Made by a program: the position numbers and the translations under genes. DNA of 64,000 nucleotides. Origin: Candidatus Omnitrophota bacterium (GTDB lineage Bacteria; Omnitrophota; Gorgyraeia; Aquiviventales; Aquiviventaceae). The DNA is taken from assembly GCA_023247215.1 (NCBI GenBank), contig JAHFGX010000001.1, forward strand, positions 36,880 through 100,879. Reading direction: 5' to 3'. The notes below the pieces were generated by a model. It saw nothing but the letters and a program-made list of their open reading frames with translations. It did no database searches and had not been told where the DNA came from. Shown piece after piece: positions 45,589-54,741 of the stretch; the stretch's first letter is position 1; every line of letters begins with the position of its first letter.

Positions 45589-46608
45589 ATGCCGCCGGAC
45601 GGATTGCCTTCTCGCCCGCGCTCTGCGCCTCCTACCATTGCCTTCATCCGCACGGACCGCCTGGGGGAAACGCTGCTCACATTGCCGGCGCTAGCCGCGA
45701 TCAGGCGAGCCCGCCCGGGGCGCCCCCTGATCCTCGTGGCGAATCCGGCGCTTTGTGAGTTGCTGGAGGGTCTGCCGGTGGTGGATGCGGTGTGGCCGGC
45801 GCCCAGCGGCGGGAGGCGCTGGTGGGCCTGGCAGGCGCTGCAATTGGGATGGCGGCTGCGCCGCCATCGGGTCGGCATGGTGATCGTCGCCAATCCCACC
45901 AAGGCCTGGCACGTGGCGGCCTGGCTCGCGGGGGCGCCGGTCCGGGTCGGCTATCGCCGCAAGTGGGCGTGGGCGTTGACGGCCGCAATCGCGGACGACA
46001 AGGCCGGCGGCGCCCGGCATGAGGTGCTTTCCAATATGGCGCTGGCGTCCGCGGCGCTTGGCGAATCTCTGGAGCCGGTCTCGTCGCTGCGCGTGCCGAT
46101 CTTGCCGGAGGATTTGGACGGCGCCGCCCGACTCCTCAACGAGCGACGGTCCGGCGCCGGATGGCCAGTTCTCGTGGTACATCCGTGGGCCTCGGTGCTT
46201 CGGAAGCAATGGCCGCGCGAACGCTACGACGCGCTGATTGAACGAGCGGTTCGGTTGGGCGGGGGTCCGGTCGCGGTCATCGGCGGTGTCGAGCACCAAT
46301 CCCAGGCAGGCCAGTGGTTGGCGCGCCGCGATGATGTGCTGGATCTCGTCGGCCGGCTGTCGTTGCGCCAGCTCGCCGCCGTGCTGCATCGCGCGCGGGT
46401 GCTGGTCTCCAATGATAGCGGTCCGGTCCATCTGGCCGCTGCGGTTGGGACGCCGGTCGTCGCGTTGTTCGGCACGACGGACCCGGCCGCCGGTCCGGTC
46501 CGGTGGGGGCCCTGGGGAGCCGGGCACGTGGTGCTGTGGAAGCCGACCTTGGACGCGATTTCCGTGGACGACGTGGCCGCGGCCGTGCAGCGGTTGTGCG
46601 CACTCTAA
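45589..46608 (+). CDS. GT9 glycosyltransferase (heptosyltransferase family)
   Basis: RTDRLGE, KQWP, SNDSGPVHLAAAVGTPVVALFG. Confidence 0.9.
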   Translation: MPPDGLPSRPRSAPPTIAFIRTDRLGETLLTLPALAAIRRARPGRPLILVANPALCELLEGLPVVDAVWPAPSGGRRWWAWQALQLGWRLRRHRVGMVIVANPTKAWHVAAWLAGAPVRVGYRRKWAWALTAAIADDKAGGARHEVLSNMALASAALGESLEPVSSLRVPILPEDLDGAARLLNERRSGAGWPVLVVHPWASVLRKQWPRERYDALIERAVRLGGGPVAVIGGVEHQSQAGQWLARRDDVLDLVGRLSLRQLAAVLHRARVLVSNDSGPVHLAAAVGTPVVALFGTTDPAAGPVRWGPWGAGHVVLWKPTLDAISVDDVAAAVQRLCAL

Positions 46609-46612
46609 GCCG

Positions 46613-47713
46613 ATGCCCGACCGCTACGCGCCTCAGCGCATCCTGCTCGTCAACCCCTTCGGCATCGGGGACGTGCTGTTTTCCACGCCGCTGCTCCGGG
46701 CGGTGCGCCGGGCCTTCCCGCAGGCCTTCGTGGCCTATTTGGGCAACCGCCGCACGCAGGAAATCCTGCGCCGCAATCCAAATCTCGATGTGCTGTTCGT
46801 CTATGAGAAAGACGAAGTGCTGACCAACTGGAGGCGATCCAAGTTGCGGGGTGGCCAGATCGTCTTCTCGTTGTTGCGGCAGATCCGGCGCGGGCGGTTT
46901 GATCTGGCGATTGACCTTTCGCTGGGAGAACGGTACAGCTTTCTCCTGGCCCTCCTGGGCGTGCCGCGCCGAATCGGGTTTGATTTTCGCGGACGCGGAA
47001 GATTTTTGACGCACGGCATGGCGATGGACGGGTTTCAAGACCGCCACGTGGTGGAGCATTACCGGCAGTTGCTGGAGATGATCGGCATTCGGCTGCTGGA
47101 GGAGGAGCTGGAATTGGTGCCCACGGCTGACGACCGCGCCGAGGCTACACAGCGCCTCCACAGCCTGGGCATCCTGCCGGACGCCATGGTGATCGGGCTC
47201 GTGCCGGCCGGCGGGATCAGCTGGGGCATCCAAGCGCACTTCCGTCGGTGGTCGAAAGACGGCTTTATCCAGGTCGGCCGCACCCTCTGCCAGCGGTATG
47301 GCGCCCGGATCCTGGTCTTCGGGGAGCCCAACGACCATGCGATCTGCGAGGGGATCGCCCAAGCGATCGGTCCCGCGGCCATAGACCTGAGCGGCCAAAC
47401 GACCTTGGGCCAATTCATCAGCCTGGTCGGAAGCTGCATGCTGGTCATGGCTAATGACGGCGGGCCCATCCATATCGCGGCCAGCCAGGGCGTGCGGACG
47501 GTGTCCGTATTCGGCCCGGTGGATCCCATCGTCTACGGCCCGTATCCGCCGACAGCCCGTCACCGCATCGTCTATCAATCCGAACTGCCGTGCCGACCCT
47601 GCTATCATCAGTTTCGCCTTCCGCCGTGTCCCTATGAACGGGCGTGCCTGACGAACTTGTCGCCCGAAGATGTGCTGGATGCCTGCGAATCCGTGTTGTC
47701 CGATGTCGCCTAA
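46613..47713 (+). CDS. GT9 heptosyltransferase (WaaF-like)
   Basis: GIGDVLFSTP, RRW, ANDGGPIHIAA, FGP, CRPC...C...C. Confidence 0.9.
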   Translation: MPDRYAPQRILLVNPFGIGDVLFSTPLLRAVRRAFPQAFVAYLGNRRTQEILRRNPNLDVLFVYEKDEVLTNWRRSKLRGGQIVFSLLRQIRRGRFDLAIDLSLGERYSFLLALLGVPRRIGFDFRGRGRFLTHGMAMDGFQDRHVVEHYRQLLEMIGIRLLEEELELVPTADDRAEATQRLHSLGILPDAMVIGLVPAGGISWGIQAHFRRWSKDGFIQVGRTLCQRYGARILVFGEPNDHAICEGIAQAIGPAAIDLSGQTTLGQFISLVGSCMLVMANDGGPIHIAASQGVRTVSVFGPVDPIVYGPYPPTARHRIVYQSELPCRPCYHQFRLPPCPYERACLTNLSPEDVLDACESVLSDVA

Positions 47714-48191
47714 ACACGTCATCTCCGTCGTCGAACGCGGCTGGCGCGGCGCGCGCGAGTGCGCCGTGGTCTTGAATGAGGCCGGCGTGCCGGTGACGCA
47801 TCTGATCAAAGGCTGGATCGGCCGGGACGTGCAGGAGATGATCCTCTCACCCGCCAGTCAGCCGGAGGCTGGCCCCGTCGGTGCCAGGATTGCCAAAGGC
47901 AATCCTCTGGCAGGTGAGAGGATGATCGGCTCGACGCCGAAGCAGCGCGTGATCGCCTGGCCTCGTCCCGTGTTCTATGCCGGGTTGTGGCTGTGGCTGG
48001 CGCCGCGGATGCTGCTCGGCCGGGTGCGGTGGGTGCTCGTGGATCACGAGCGCACGTACCGGGGGCTCGCCCGGTGGGCCGGGTGGTGCGGGGTGCGGCC
48101 GGTGATGATCCAGGAAGGGGAGCGCGGCTTCACGCTGCGGCGCAACGGGGTTTGCGTGACGGTGGACGAGTTGATGACGGGTCGCCGATGA
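47703..48191 (+). CDS. Hypothetical protein carrying a 28-codon in-frame insertion
   Basis: Overlaps both neighbours and fills the operon gap; no family recognised. Confidence 0.6.
   Translation: MSPKHVISVVERGWRGARECAVVLNEAGVPVTHLIKGWIGRDVQEMILSPASQPEAGPVGARIAKGNPLAGERMIGSTPKQRVIAWPRPVFYAGLWLWLAPRMLLGRVRWVLVDHERTYRGLARWAGWCGVRPVMIQEGERGFTLRRNGVCVTVDELMTGRR
47844..47920. mobile_element. MITE-like palindromic element, 77 bp, with 14-bp terminal inverted repeats and 7-bp target-site duplication
   Basis: TIRs CTCTCACCCGCCAG / CTGGCAGGTGAGAG (13/14 match); GATGATC direct repeats at 47837-47843 and 47921-47927; internal hairpins at 47859-47871 and 47886-47906. Confidence 0.75.
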
Positions 48192-49075
48192 TTTCCACCG
48201 CCCCCCGTCTCGCGCTGGTGTTCGACCGCACGCGGGAGGACACGCTCGGCGTCTATTTTGAGCGGGCCTACCGAGGGCTGGGGGTCGCCGTCTCGCACTT
48301 TTGGACGCGGGAGGCCCACCGGATTCCCGAGGGCTACACCGCGTATCTCCGGATTGATCACGGGGCGTACGACCATGATCTGCCTGAGCGGCTGCGCCCG
48401 CGCATTCTCTACGCGGTGGACACGCACTTGCCGCATTCCTGGACGCACCTGCGCCGGCTGGCGCGCCGCTACGATCTGACCTGCTGCGCCCACCGGCCGG
48501 CCGCCGCCGCCGTGCAGGGCGTCTGGGTGCCGGTCGGCTGCGATCCGGAATGGCACGGGCCGCCCCGGCCGGCGGAGACGCGATGGGACGCGGCCTTCAT
48601 CGGCACGGAGGGCGGAGTGCCGCGCAAGTTTTACATGCAAGCGCTGCGCGAGCGCTATCCTCGCAGCGTCGTCGGCCACGCGCCGGCCCATGGCCTGGGC
48701 GCGATCTACGGCCGAGCGGCCGTGGGGGTCAATTTTTCCATTCGGCGCGAAGTGAACATGCGCGTCTTTGAGGTGTTGTGCGCCGGGGCCCTCCTGGTGA
48801 CCAACCGCCTGGCGGACGAAGAGCTGCAAGAGTTGGGATTGCGGGAAGGGGAGCACTACCTCGCCTACGAGCGGCCATCGGAGCTCTGGGAGCACATTGA
48901 CGATGCGCTGCGCCAGCCCGCCCGGCGGTTGGCCACTGCCGCCCGCGGGCAAGCGGTCACGTGGGCGCGCCATACGTACTGGCACCGGGCCGCGCAGATC
49001 GCGCAGGCGGCCGCCGAACGGCTGGGATGCTCATGGCTGCCCGCGGGCGCGGCCGGCGAGGCCAGAGCCGCATGA
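48188..49075 (+). CDS. CgeB/DUF3880-like glycosyltransferase
   Basis: VDTH, PVGCDP, AAFIG, VNMRVFEVLCAGALLVTN, HTYWHRA. Confidence 0.8.
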   Translation: MISTAPRLALVFDRTREDTLGVYFERAYRGLGVAVSHFWTREAHRIPEGYTAYLRIDHGAYDHDLPERLRPRILYAVDTHLPHSWTHLRRLARRYDLTCCAHRPAAAAVQGVWVPVGCDPEWHGPPRPAETRWDAAFIGTEGGVPRKFYMQALRERYPRSVVGHAPAHGLGAIYGRAAVGVNFSIRREVNMRVFEVLCAGALLVTNRLADEELQELGLREGEHYLAYERPSELWEHIDDALRQPARRLATAARGQAVTWARHTYWHRAAQIAQAAAERLGCSWLPAGAAGEARAA

Positions 49076-50202
49076 GCCGCATCCAGTGCGAGTTAGTCTT
49101 GTTGAGCTGGAATCAGCTTGAGCACGTCACCCGCTGTCTCGAGAGCCTGCTGCGCTGCACGGACGTGCCCTCGCGCCTGCTCATCGTGGACAACGCCAGC
49201 GAACCCCCGGTGCGCGCGCTGCTTCGCTCCGTGCGGCCCGCCGGCGCCATCGAGGAGGTGCAGCTGTTGCAGAACGAGTCCAACGAAGGGTTTTCCAAAG
49301 GCATGAACCGCGGGCTGCGCGCCTCGACGGCGCCGTACGTCTGCCTGTTGAACAACGACCTGGTCTTCACGCCCGGGTGGCTCTCGCCCCTGATCGCGCT
49401 GGCCGAGGCGCACCCTGAGATCGGGGTGGTGCATCCGGCCAGCAACACCTTTGGGGAGCGGCTGCCGAGCGGCATGGCGATGGACGACTATGCCGCGGCG
49501 ATCCGCTCCAAGCGCGGCGTGTACGGCGAGATCGGCACGTGCGTCGGGTTTTGCCTCCTGATCAAACGGGACGTGATCCATCGGATCGGGCCGCTCAACG
49601 AGGAGATCGAGCGGCTGTTTTTTGAAGACGAAGATTACGGCATGCGGGTCCAGGCGGCCGGCTACCGATGCGTGATTGCCCAGGACAGCTACGTGTTCCA
49701 TGCCGAGCACCAAAGCGTCAAGCAGCTGCCGGATCGCGACGCACTGTTCCAGCGCAACCGCGAGCGGTGCGAGGCGCGGTGGGGCCGCTGGCGCCGGGTG
49801 GCGTTGCCGTGGTTGGCCTGGCCCCCGGCCGGGAGCCCGGAGCTGCGGCGGATTCTGGAGGCGCTGCTGTCCGTGGTGCGCCGGCGGACGTATCTATATC
49901 TCTACGCGCCGCGCGCGGTCGTCGAGCGAAAAGACGAGCTGTTCCGCTCCGTCGGGTTGGCCCCCCACGGCGATGTGATATGGTATGCTATGCCCTCATA
50001 CGGTGCCGACCTCGCGGCATTCGGGTGGATCCTGGCGCGGCAGAAAAAGCGGTTTCATACGGTGGTCGCCACGAGCCTGGCCTGGGCTGCGGCCTTGCGG
50101 GGGTTCCGCTGGGCGCATCGCGCGCGAGTGCTCCAGGCCGAGACTCCGGAGGCGTTCGCGGCAGCATGGACCGACCCGTCCCCCTCTCCGTCGTCATCTT
50201 GA
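49072..50202 (+). CDS. GT2 family glycosyltransferase
   Basis: LLSWN, VDNAS, GFSKGMNRG, LLNND, FFEDED. Confidence 0.9.
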   Translation: MSRIQCELVLLSWNQLEHVTRCLESLLRCTDVPSRLLIVDNASEPPVRALLRSVRPAGAIEEVQLLQNESNEGFSKGMNRGLRASTAPYVCLLNNDLVFTPGWLSPLIALAEAHPEIGVVHPASNTFGERLPSGMAMDDYAAAIRSKRGVYGEIGTCVGFCLLIKRDVIHRIGPLNEEIERLFFEDEDYGMRVQAAGYRCVIAQDSYVFHAEHQSVKQLPDRDALFQRNRERCEARWGRWRRVALPWLAWPPAGSPELRRILEALLSVVRRRTYLYLYAPRAVVERKDELFRSVGLAPHGDVIWYAMPSYGADLAAFGWILARQKKRFHTVVATSLAWAAALRGFRWAHRARVLQAETPEAFAAAWTDPSPSPSSS

Positions 50203-50993
50203 CCAAGAACGAGTCCGCGCGCCTGACCGACTGCATCCGCAGCGTGGCGTGGGCCGGCGAGGTCCTGGTGATTGACGACAATTCCACCGACGACACCGTC
50301 CGCCTGGCGGAATCGTTGGGCGCGCGGGTGCTGCGCCGAACGATGGAGAACGAAGGCCGCCACCGCAACTGGGCCTACGCGCAGGCGCGGCATGAATGGG
50401 TCCTCAGCCTCGACGCCGATGAGCGGGTCACCCCGGAGCTAGCACGGGAGATCCAGGCGCTGTTTCGCGGGACCCCGCCGCAGGACACGTACGCGATCCC
50501 CCGGCGCAATTTCCTGGGCGACCGGTGGATCCGCCACGGCGGCTGGTATCCCAGCGCGCAGATGAAGCTCTTCAAATGGTCGGTATTCCGCTGGGAAGAA
50601 ACCACTGTGCATCCGCGCGCGTTGTCCGACCGCCCCTGGGGCACGCTGCGGCACGACCTGCTCCACTATTCCTACCGCGATCGCGAGGATTTCCTGAAGA
50701 AGCAGGACCGCCACACCACGCTCGAGGCGCAGAAGTGGATCGCCGACGGCCGACGCGTCTCCTGGGGCAAAGCGTTTTGGCGCACCGTGGACCGGTTCGT
50801 CCGCGGCGCGATCCTCAAGCAGGGCTATCGCGACGGGGCGCTCGGCTGGTGGCTGGCGTGGCGGGGCGGGGCGTACCAGTGGATCAGCTACTCGAAATAT
50901 CTCACGATCAAGCGCCAGGCCGGCGCAGCATCCGGCGGCGCTGGACCCACAGCGTCCCAAACAGCGCCAGAGCGAACCACGGCAGGATCATAA
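50166..50993 (+). CDS. GT2 glycosyltransferase (WaaE/KdtX-like LPS glucosyltransferase)
   Basis: LSVVILTKNE, DDNSTD, LSLDADE, HGGWYP, LHYSY. Confidence 0.9.
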   Translation: MDRPVPLSVVILTKNESARLTDCIRSVAWAGEVLVIDDNSTDDTVRLAESLGARVLRRTMENEGRHRNWAYAQARHEWVLSLDADERVTPELAREIQALFRGTPPQDTYAIPRRNFLGDRWIRHGGWYPSAQMKLFKWSVFRWEETTVHPRALSDRPWGTLRHDLLHYSYRDREDFLKKQDRHTTLEAQKWIADGRRVSWGKAFWRTVDRFVRGAILKQGYRDGALGWWLAWRGGAYQWISYSKYLTIKRQAGAASGGAGPTASQTAPERTTAGS

Positions 50994-52161
50994 GCACTAG
51001 AAAGACGTACGTTTCTCCGCGGATGCTTCGCATCCCGATCGCCCGCCACAACGCGCTGTGCGTCATGATGCTCAACCCCAACAGAAGCAGCCCGGCGGCC
51101 AGGGACCCCAACAGCGACGGGAAGCACCGGCGGGTCGTCCACAGATTCGACAGCGCCAACATCGCCGGGAAGAGCAGCGCGCTGTAGGTGGCGACCCAGA
51201 CCGTGGGCGAGCAGAGCGCCATCAGGACCATCAACAGCGCGCCGTCATAGATCAGGCGCGTCCGCCGCTCCCCGGCCGGTTGCCGCGGCCAGACGACCAG
51301 TCCCAGCAGGATCAGCGAGGTCGCGGCATACAGCTCGACAATCATCGTCGCGGGCCACGACGCCACGTGGAGGCCGTACGGACCGGCCATGAGGAAGCGG
51401 CCCAGCAGGGCTAACAGCGACTGATTGCCGATCTCAAACGCCCGGCCGGCCCCGCTGGAGAGCAGCACGCGGATCCAGTCGCCGAACAGATGCAGCGGGC
51501 GGCCCGGCTGCATCGCAAAGCTGCTGAGCGCGTTGAATCCAACCAGCCACGCGACGGTGCGCCCGGCCGTCGCCCATCGCCTGCTGAGCAGCAGGTAGAG
51601 CAACACCACGGCGGCGGGCAATTTCAGCGAGATCCCAAGGGCCAACAACGCTGCGGCGAGCCACATCCGTCCGGCATCCTCCGCCAACAGGAAGCCGATC
51701 ACCAGCAACCCCCAGAGCAGATCCACTTGGCCGTTCAGAAACTCCGCGGTGAGCGACCGGACGAGCAGGAACATGGCGGCGACGATCAGCCAGGGCGGAT
51801 CATCGACCCCGGCCCGCCGGCAGAGCTCCAGCCCAGCCCAGCAGGACAGCACCAGCCAACCGACGGTCAGCGCCGCCCACGCCACGGCGGCCGGCTGAGC
51901 CGGAATCCAGGCCAGCGGAATCCAGGCCAGGGCCCAGCACGGCGCGTACTTGAACAGCATCACGGCGGAGCTGGTGGGATCATACAGGGCGGCGGCTTGG
52001 CCCTGGACGACGCGCAGGGCCACGGCCCGGTAGACGTCTAGATCCATCAAGAAGGGGGGGTGGAGCAGGAAATTCCCCGGAAACCGGAGCAGGAATCCCA
52101 ACCCGAGGCCGGCCAGCCAAAGCCAGCGCCGGTTCCACCACGGAGTTGAGCCAGTAAGCAT
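50908..52161 (-). CDS. GT87/DUF2029 family membrane glycosyltransferase (GT-C)
   Basis: Multi-TM; MDLDVY, FKYAP, NGQVD, ISLKLP, GNQSL, SPTVW. Confidence 0.8.
   Translation of the reverse strand: MLTGSTPWWNRRWLWLAGLGLGFLLRFPGNFLLHPPFLMDLDVYRAVALRVVQGQAAALYDPTSSAVMLFKYAPCWALAWIPLAWIPAQPAAVAWAALTVGWLVLSCWAGLELCRRAGVDDPPWLIVAAMFLLVRSLTAEFLNGQVDLLWGLLVIGFLLAEDAGRMWLAAALLALGISLKLPAAVVLLYLLLSRRWATAGRTVAWLVGFNALSSFAMQPGRPLHLFGDWIRVLLSSGAGRAFEIGNQSLLALLGRFLMAGPYGLHVASWPATMIVELYAATSLILLGLVVWPRQPAGERRTRLIYDGALLMVLMALCSPTVWVATYSALLFPAMLALSNLWTTRRCFPSLLGSLAAGLLLLGLSIMTHSALWRAIGMRSIRGETYVFLVLMILPWFALALFGTLWVQRRRMLRRPGA
51901..51930. repeat. Perfect 15-bp tandem duplication (CGGAATCCAGGCCAG x2)
   Basis: Seen directly; encodes LAWIP-LAWIP in the minus-strand GT87 gene. 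Confidence 0.85.
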
Positions 52162-52170
52162 AAGAGAACT

Positions 52171-52201
52171 ATTCTATCACGGTCTCTTCTCGTGCTATCA
52201 T
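52171..52201. promoter_or_regulatory. Back-to-back extended -10 promoters
   Basis: Minus strand TGaTAGAAT (52179-52171); plus strand TGcTATCAT (52193-52201); AT-rich divergent gap. Confidence 0.55.
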
Positions 52202-52212
52202 ATCTGTTCCCA

Positions 52213-52965
52213 ATGTTCACCCTGGTGATCCCAACCTACAATGAGCGGCTGACCATTGAGCCCTTGCTGGACCGAGTGGCCGCCGTGCGCCTCGGGTGGC
52301 CGGAAGAGCTGGAAGTGCTGGTGATGGATGACGGCTCCACGGACGGCACCATCGCGGCCGCGGAGGCGGCGCTGGCCCGCCTGCGCCTGGGGCGCGTGGT
52401 GCAGCGCCACGGCCAGCCCGATCTCGCCCAGGCGGTCTTGGAGGGCATCCGGCAGGCTCGGGGCGAGATGATCGGCGTCATGGATGCGGACCTCAGCCAT
52501 CCGCCGGAGCTGCTGCCGTCGCTGGCGAAGGCCGTGCAGGCGGGGCAGGATGTGGTGGTGGCCAGCCGCTACGTGTCCGGCGCTTGCATCCAAACATTTG
52601 CGGCCTGGCGGTGGGCGCTGTCCCGCCTGGCCAATTGGCTGGCCCGGCCGCTGACACCGGTGGCGGACGCCACCTCCGGCTATTTCGTGGCCCGCGCGGA
52701 GGTGGTGCGCAGCATTGCCCCTGCGCCGCGCGGGTTCAAAATCCTCTTGGAAATTTTGGTGACGCAATGCGTGCACCGCGTGCAGGAAGTGCCCTACCAG
52801 TTTACGGAGCGCGCCGCCGGGCAGAGCAAGCTGCGGTGGTCGGTGTGCGCCTCGTACGGCGCGCAATTGCTTCGTCTGGGATGGCACCGCCTGCGCCACC
52901 CCTGCCGTCATCGTCGCGGCGCTTCGCCGCGTTCCGTCTCCATGACCCATGCCAGCTTCTCCTGA
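52213..52965 (+). CDS. Polyprenol monophosphomannose synthase (DPM1-like GT2)
   Basis: VIPTYNE, MDDGSTDGT, MDADLSHPP, ASRY, DATSGYF, GFKILLE, GQSKL. Confidence 0.9.
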   Translation: MFTLVIPTYNERLTIEPLLDRVAAVRLGWPEELEVLVMDDGSTDGTIAAAEAALARLRLGRVVQRHGQPDLAQAVLEGIRQARGEMIGVMDADLSHPPELLPSLAKAVQAGQDVVVASRYVSGACIQTFAAWRWALSRLANWLARPLTPVADATSGYFVARAEVVRSIAPAPRGFKILLEILVTQCVHRVQEVPYQFTERAAGQSKLRWSVCASYGAQLLRLGWHRLRHPCRHRRGASPRSVSMTHASFS

Positions 52966-53767
52966 CCGCGCTCGTCTGTCGGTGGTCGTGCTGACCAAGA
53001 ATGAAGAGGCGCGCATCGCCCGCTGCCTGGACAGCGTGCGGTGGGTGAAGGACATCGTAGTGGTGGACGGCCTCAGCACGGACCGGACGGTGGAGATCTG
53101 CCGGGGCGCTGGCGCGCAGGTGATCAGCCGGGCCTTCTCCGGCAGCTTCGGCGAAGAGCGCAATGTGGGCGCCCATGCGGCGGCGCACGACTGGGTGCTC
53201 CAGTTGGACGGCGATGACGTCGTCAGCGACGAGCTGTGCGCGGCGCTGCAGCGGATGCTGGCGGAGGGCACGCCCCACGCGGCGTTCAACGTGCGCCGCC
53301 AAAACAACTTTCTCGGCCACTGGATGATGCGCGGCGGTTGGCACCACTATTACCACACCCTCTACCGGAAATCGGCCTGCCATTTCGAGGGCTGCGTGCA
53401 CCATATCCTCAAGGTGAACGGGACCATCGGGACGCTGGAGGCGCCGATCCTGCACTATCCGTTCACCAGCCTGGACCAATTCGTCCTCCGGCAGAACCGC
53501 TACACCTCGCTCGAGGCCAAGGAGATGCTGGATGAGCAGGGCGTGCTGCCCTCCAAGCTCGTCCGGTACCACCTCACCTGGAAGCCGCTCAAGGTGTTTT
53601 GGAAAAGCTACGTCAAGAAACAGGGATATCGGGAGGGCTGGTACGGGCTGGTGTTCGCCCTGCTGTACGCCTGGGTGAATTTCCTGAAGTGGGCCAAGTA
53701 TTGGGAGCTGGTGCGGGACCGCTACCAACCCTCCACGGCACAGGAGAGCACGTCATGCGCGTCCTGA
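52949..53767 (+). CDS. GT2 glycosyltransferase (WaaE/KdtX-like)
   Basis: LSVVVLTKNEE, DGLSTD, LQLDGDD, VHH, NRYTSLEA. Confidence 0.9.
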   Translation: MPASPDRARLSVVVLTKNEEARIARCLDSVRWVKDIVVVDGLSTDRTVEICRGAGAQVISRAFSGSFGEERNVGAHAAAHDWVLQLDGDDVVSDELCAALQRMLAEGTPHAAFNVRRQNNFLGHWMMRGGWHHYYHTLYRKSACHFEGCVHHILKVNGTIGTLEAPILHYPFTSLDQFVLRQNRYTSLEAKEMLDEQGVLPSKLVRYHLTWKPLKVFWKSYVKKQGYREGWYGLVFALLYAWVNFLKWAKYWELVRDRYQPSTAQESTSCAS

Positions 53768-54741
53768 TCACCGGCATCACCGGATTCGTCGGGAGCCATC
53801 TGGCCGAGTGGCTGCTGGAGCAGCAGCCCGGCGTCGAGATTATCGGGATCCAGCGGTGGCGGAGCAAGACCGAGCACATTGACCATCTGCGCGGGCGCAT
53901 CACGCTGCTGGAGGGAGATCTGCGTGATCCGGTCTCTGTGCGCCGCGCTGTGCTCGAAGCGCGCCCCGACCGGGTGTTCCATTTGGCGGCCCAATCGTTC
54001 GTGCCGGCTTCCTGGGCCGCGCCGTCCGACACGGCGATGACGAACATCATGGGGCAGGTGAATCTCTTGGAGGCGCTGCGGGACGGCTGGCCGGCGACGC
54101 GCGTGCTGGTCGTCGGGAGCTCGGAGGAATACGGCCTGGTCCAGGCGGATGAGCTGCCGATCAAGGAAACCAACCCGTTGCGCCCCCTCAGCCCGTACGC
54201 GGTGTCCAAAGTGGCGCAGGATTTGATGGGCTATCAATACGCCAAGAGCTACGGCATGCACATCGTGCGCACGCGGGCGTTCAACCATACCGGCCCGCGC
54301 CGCGGCGAGATGTTCGCCAGCTCGAACTTCGCAAAGCAGATTGCGCTCATTGAGGCCGGGCGGCAGGAGCCGGTGGTGCGGGTTGGGAATCTGGACGCCC
54401 GCCGGGATTTCAGCGACGCCCGCGACATCGTCCGGGGCTATTGGCTGGCGTTGGAGCATGGCGAGCCGGGCGAGGTCTACAACCTCTGCTCCGGGCGGGA
54501 CTGGTCCATCCGGGACATGCTCGGCATCCTGTTGAAGCTGAGCACCGCGTCCATCCGCGTGGAGCCGGATCCGCAGCGGTTCCGGCCCAGCGACGTGCCG
54601 GTGCTGAGGGGCGACTACGGCAAATTTGCCGAACGGACCGGGTGGCACCCGGCGATCCCCTTCACGCAAACGTTGGAAGATCTATTGAACGACTGGCGCG
54701 CGCGCATCCGGCGGGAGGCGCTGGCCGGGGCGGCCCGATGA
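53755..54741 (+). CDS. gmd: GDP-mannose 4,6-dehydratase / Rmd family extended SDR
   Basis: ITGITGFVG, HLAAQSFV, GSSEEYG, SPYAVSK, FNHTGPRR, GNLDARRD, FRPSDV. Confidence 0.8.
   Translation: MRVLITGITGFVGSHLAEWLLEQQPGVEIIGIQRWRSKTEHIDHLRGRITLLEGDLRDPVSVRRAVLEARPDRVFHLAAQSFVPASWAAPSDTAMTNIMGQVNLLEALRDGWPATRVLVVGSSEEYGLVQADELPIKETNPLRPLSPYAVSKVAQDLMGYQYAKSYGMHIVRTRAFNHTGPRRGEMFASSNFAKQIALIEAGRQEPVVRVGNLDARRDFSDARDIVRGYWLALEHGEPGEVYNLCSGRDWSIRDMLGILLKLSTASIRVEPDPQRFRPSDVPVLRGDYGKFAERTGWHPAIPFTQTLEDLLNDWRARIRREALAGAAR

Noticed and set aside
17511-52060. G7 homopolymer tracts in wzx, the DUF218 fusion, waaL and GT87 as phase-variation switches
   Set aside because: Only 7 nt, all in intact frames, and expected by chance at this GC content
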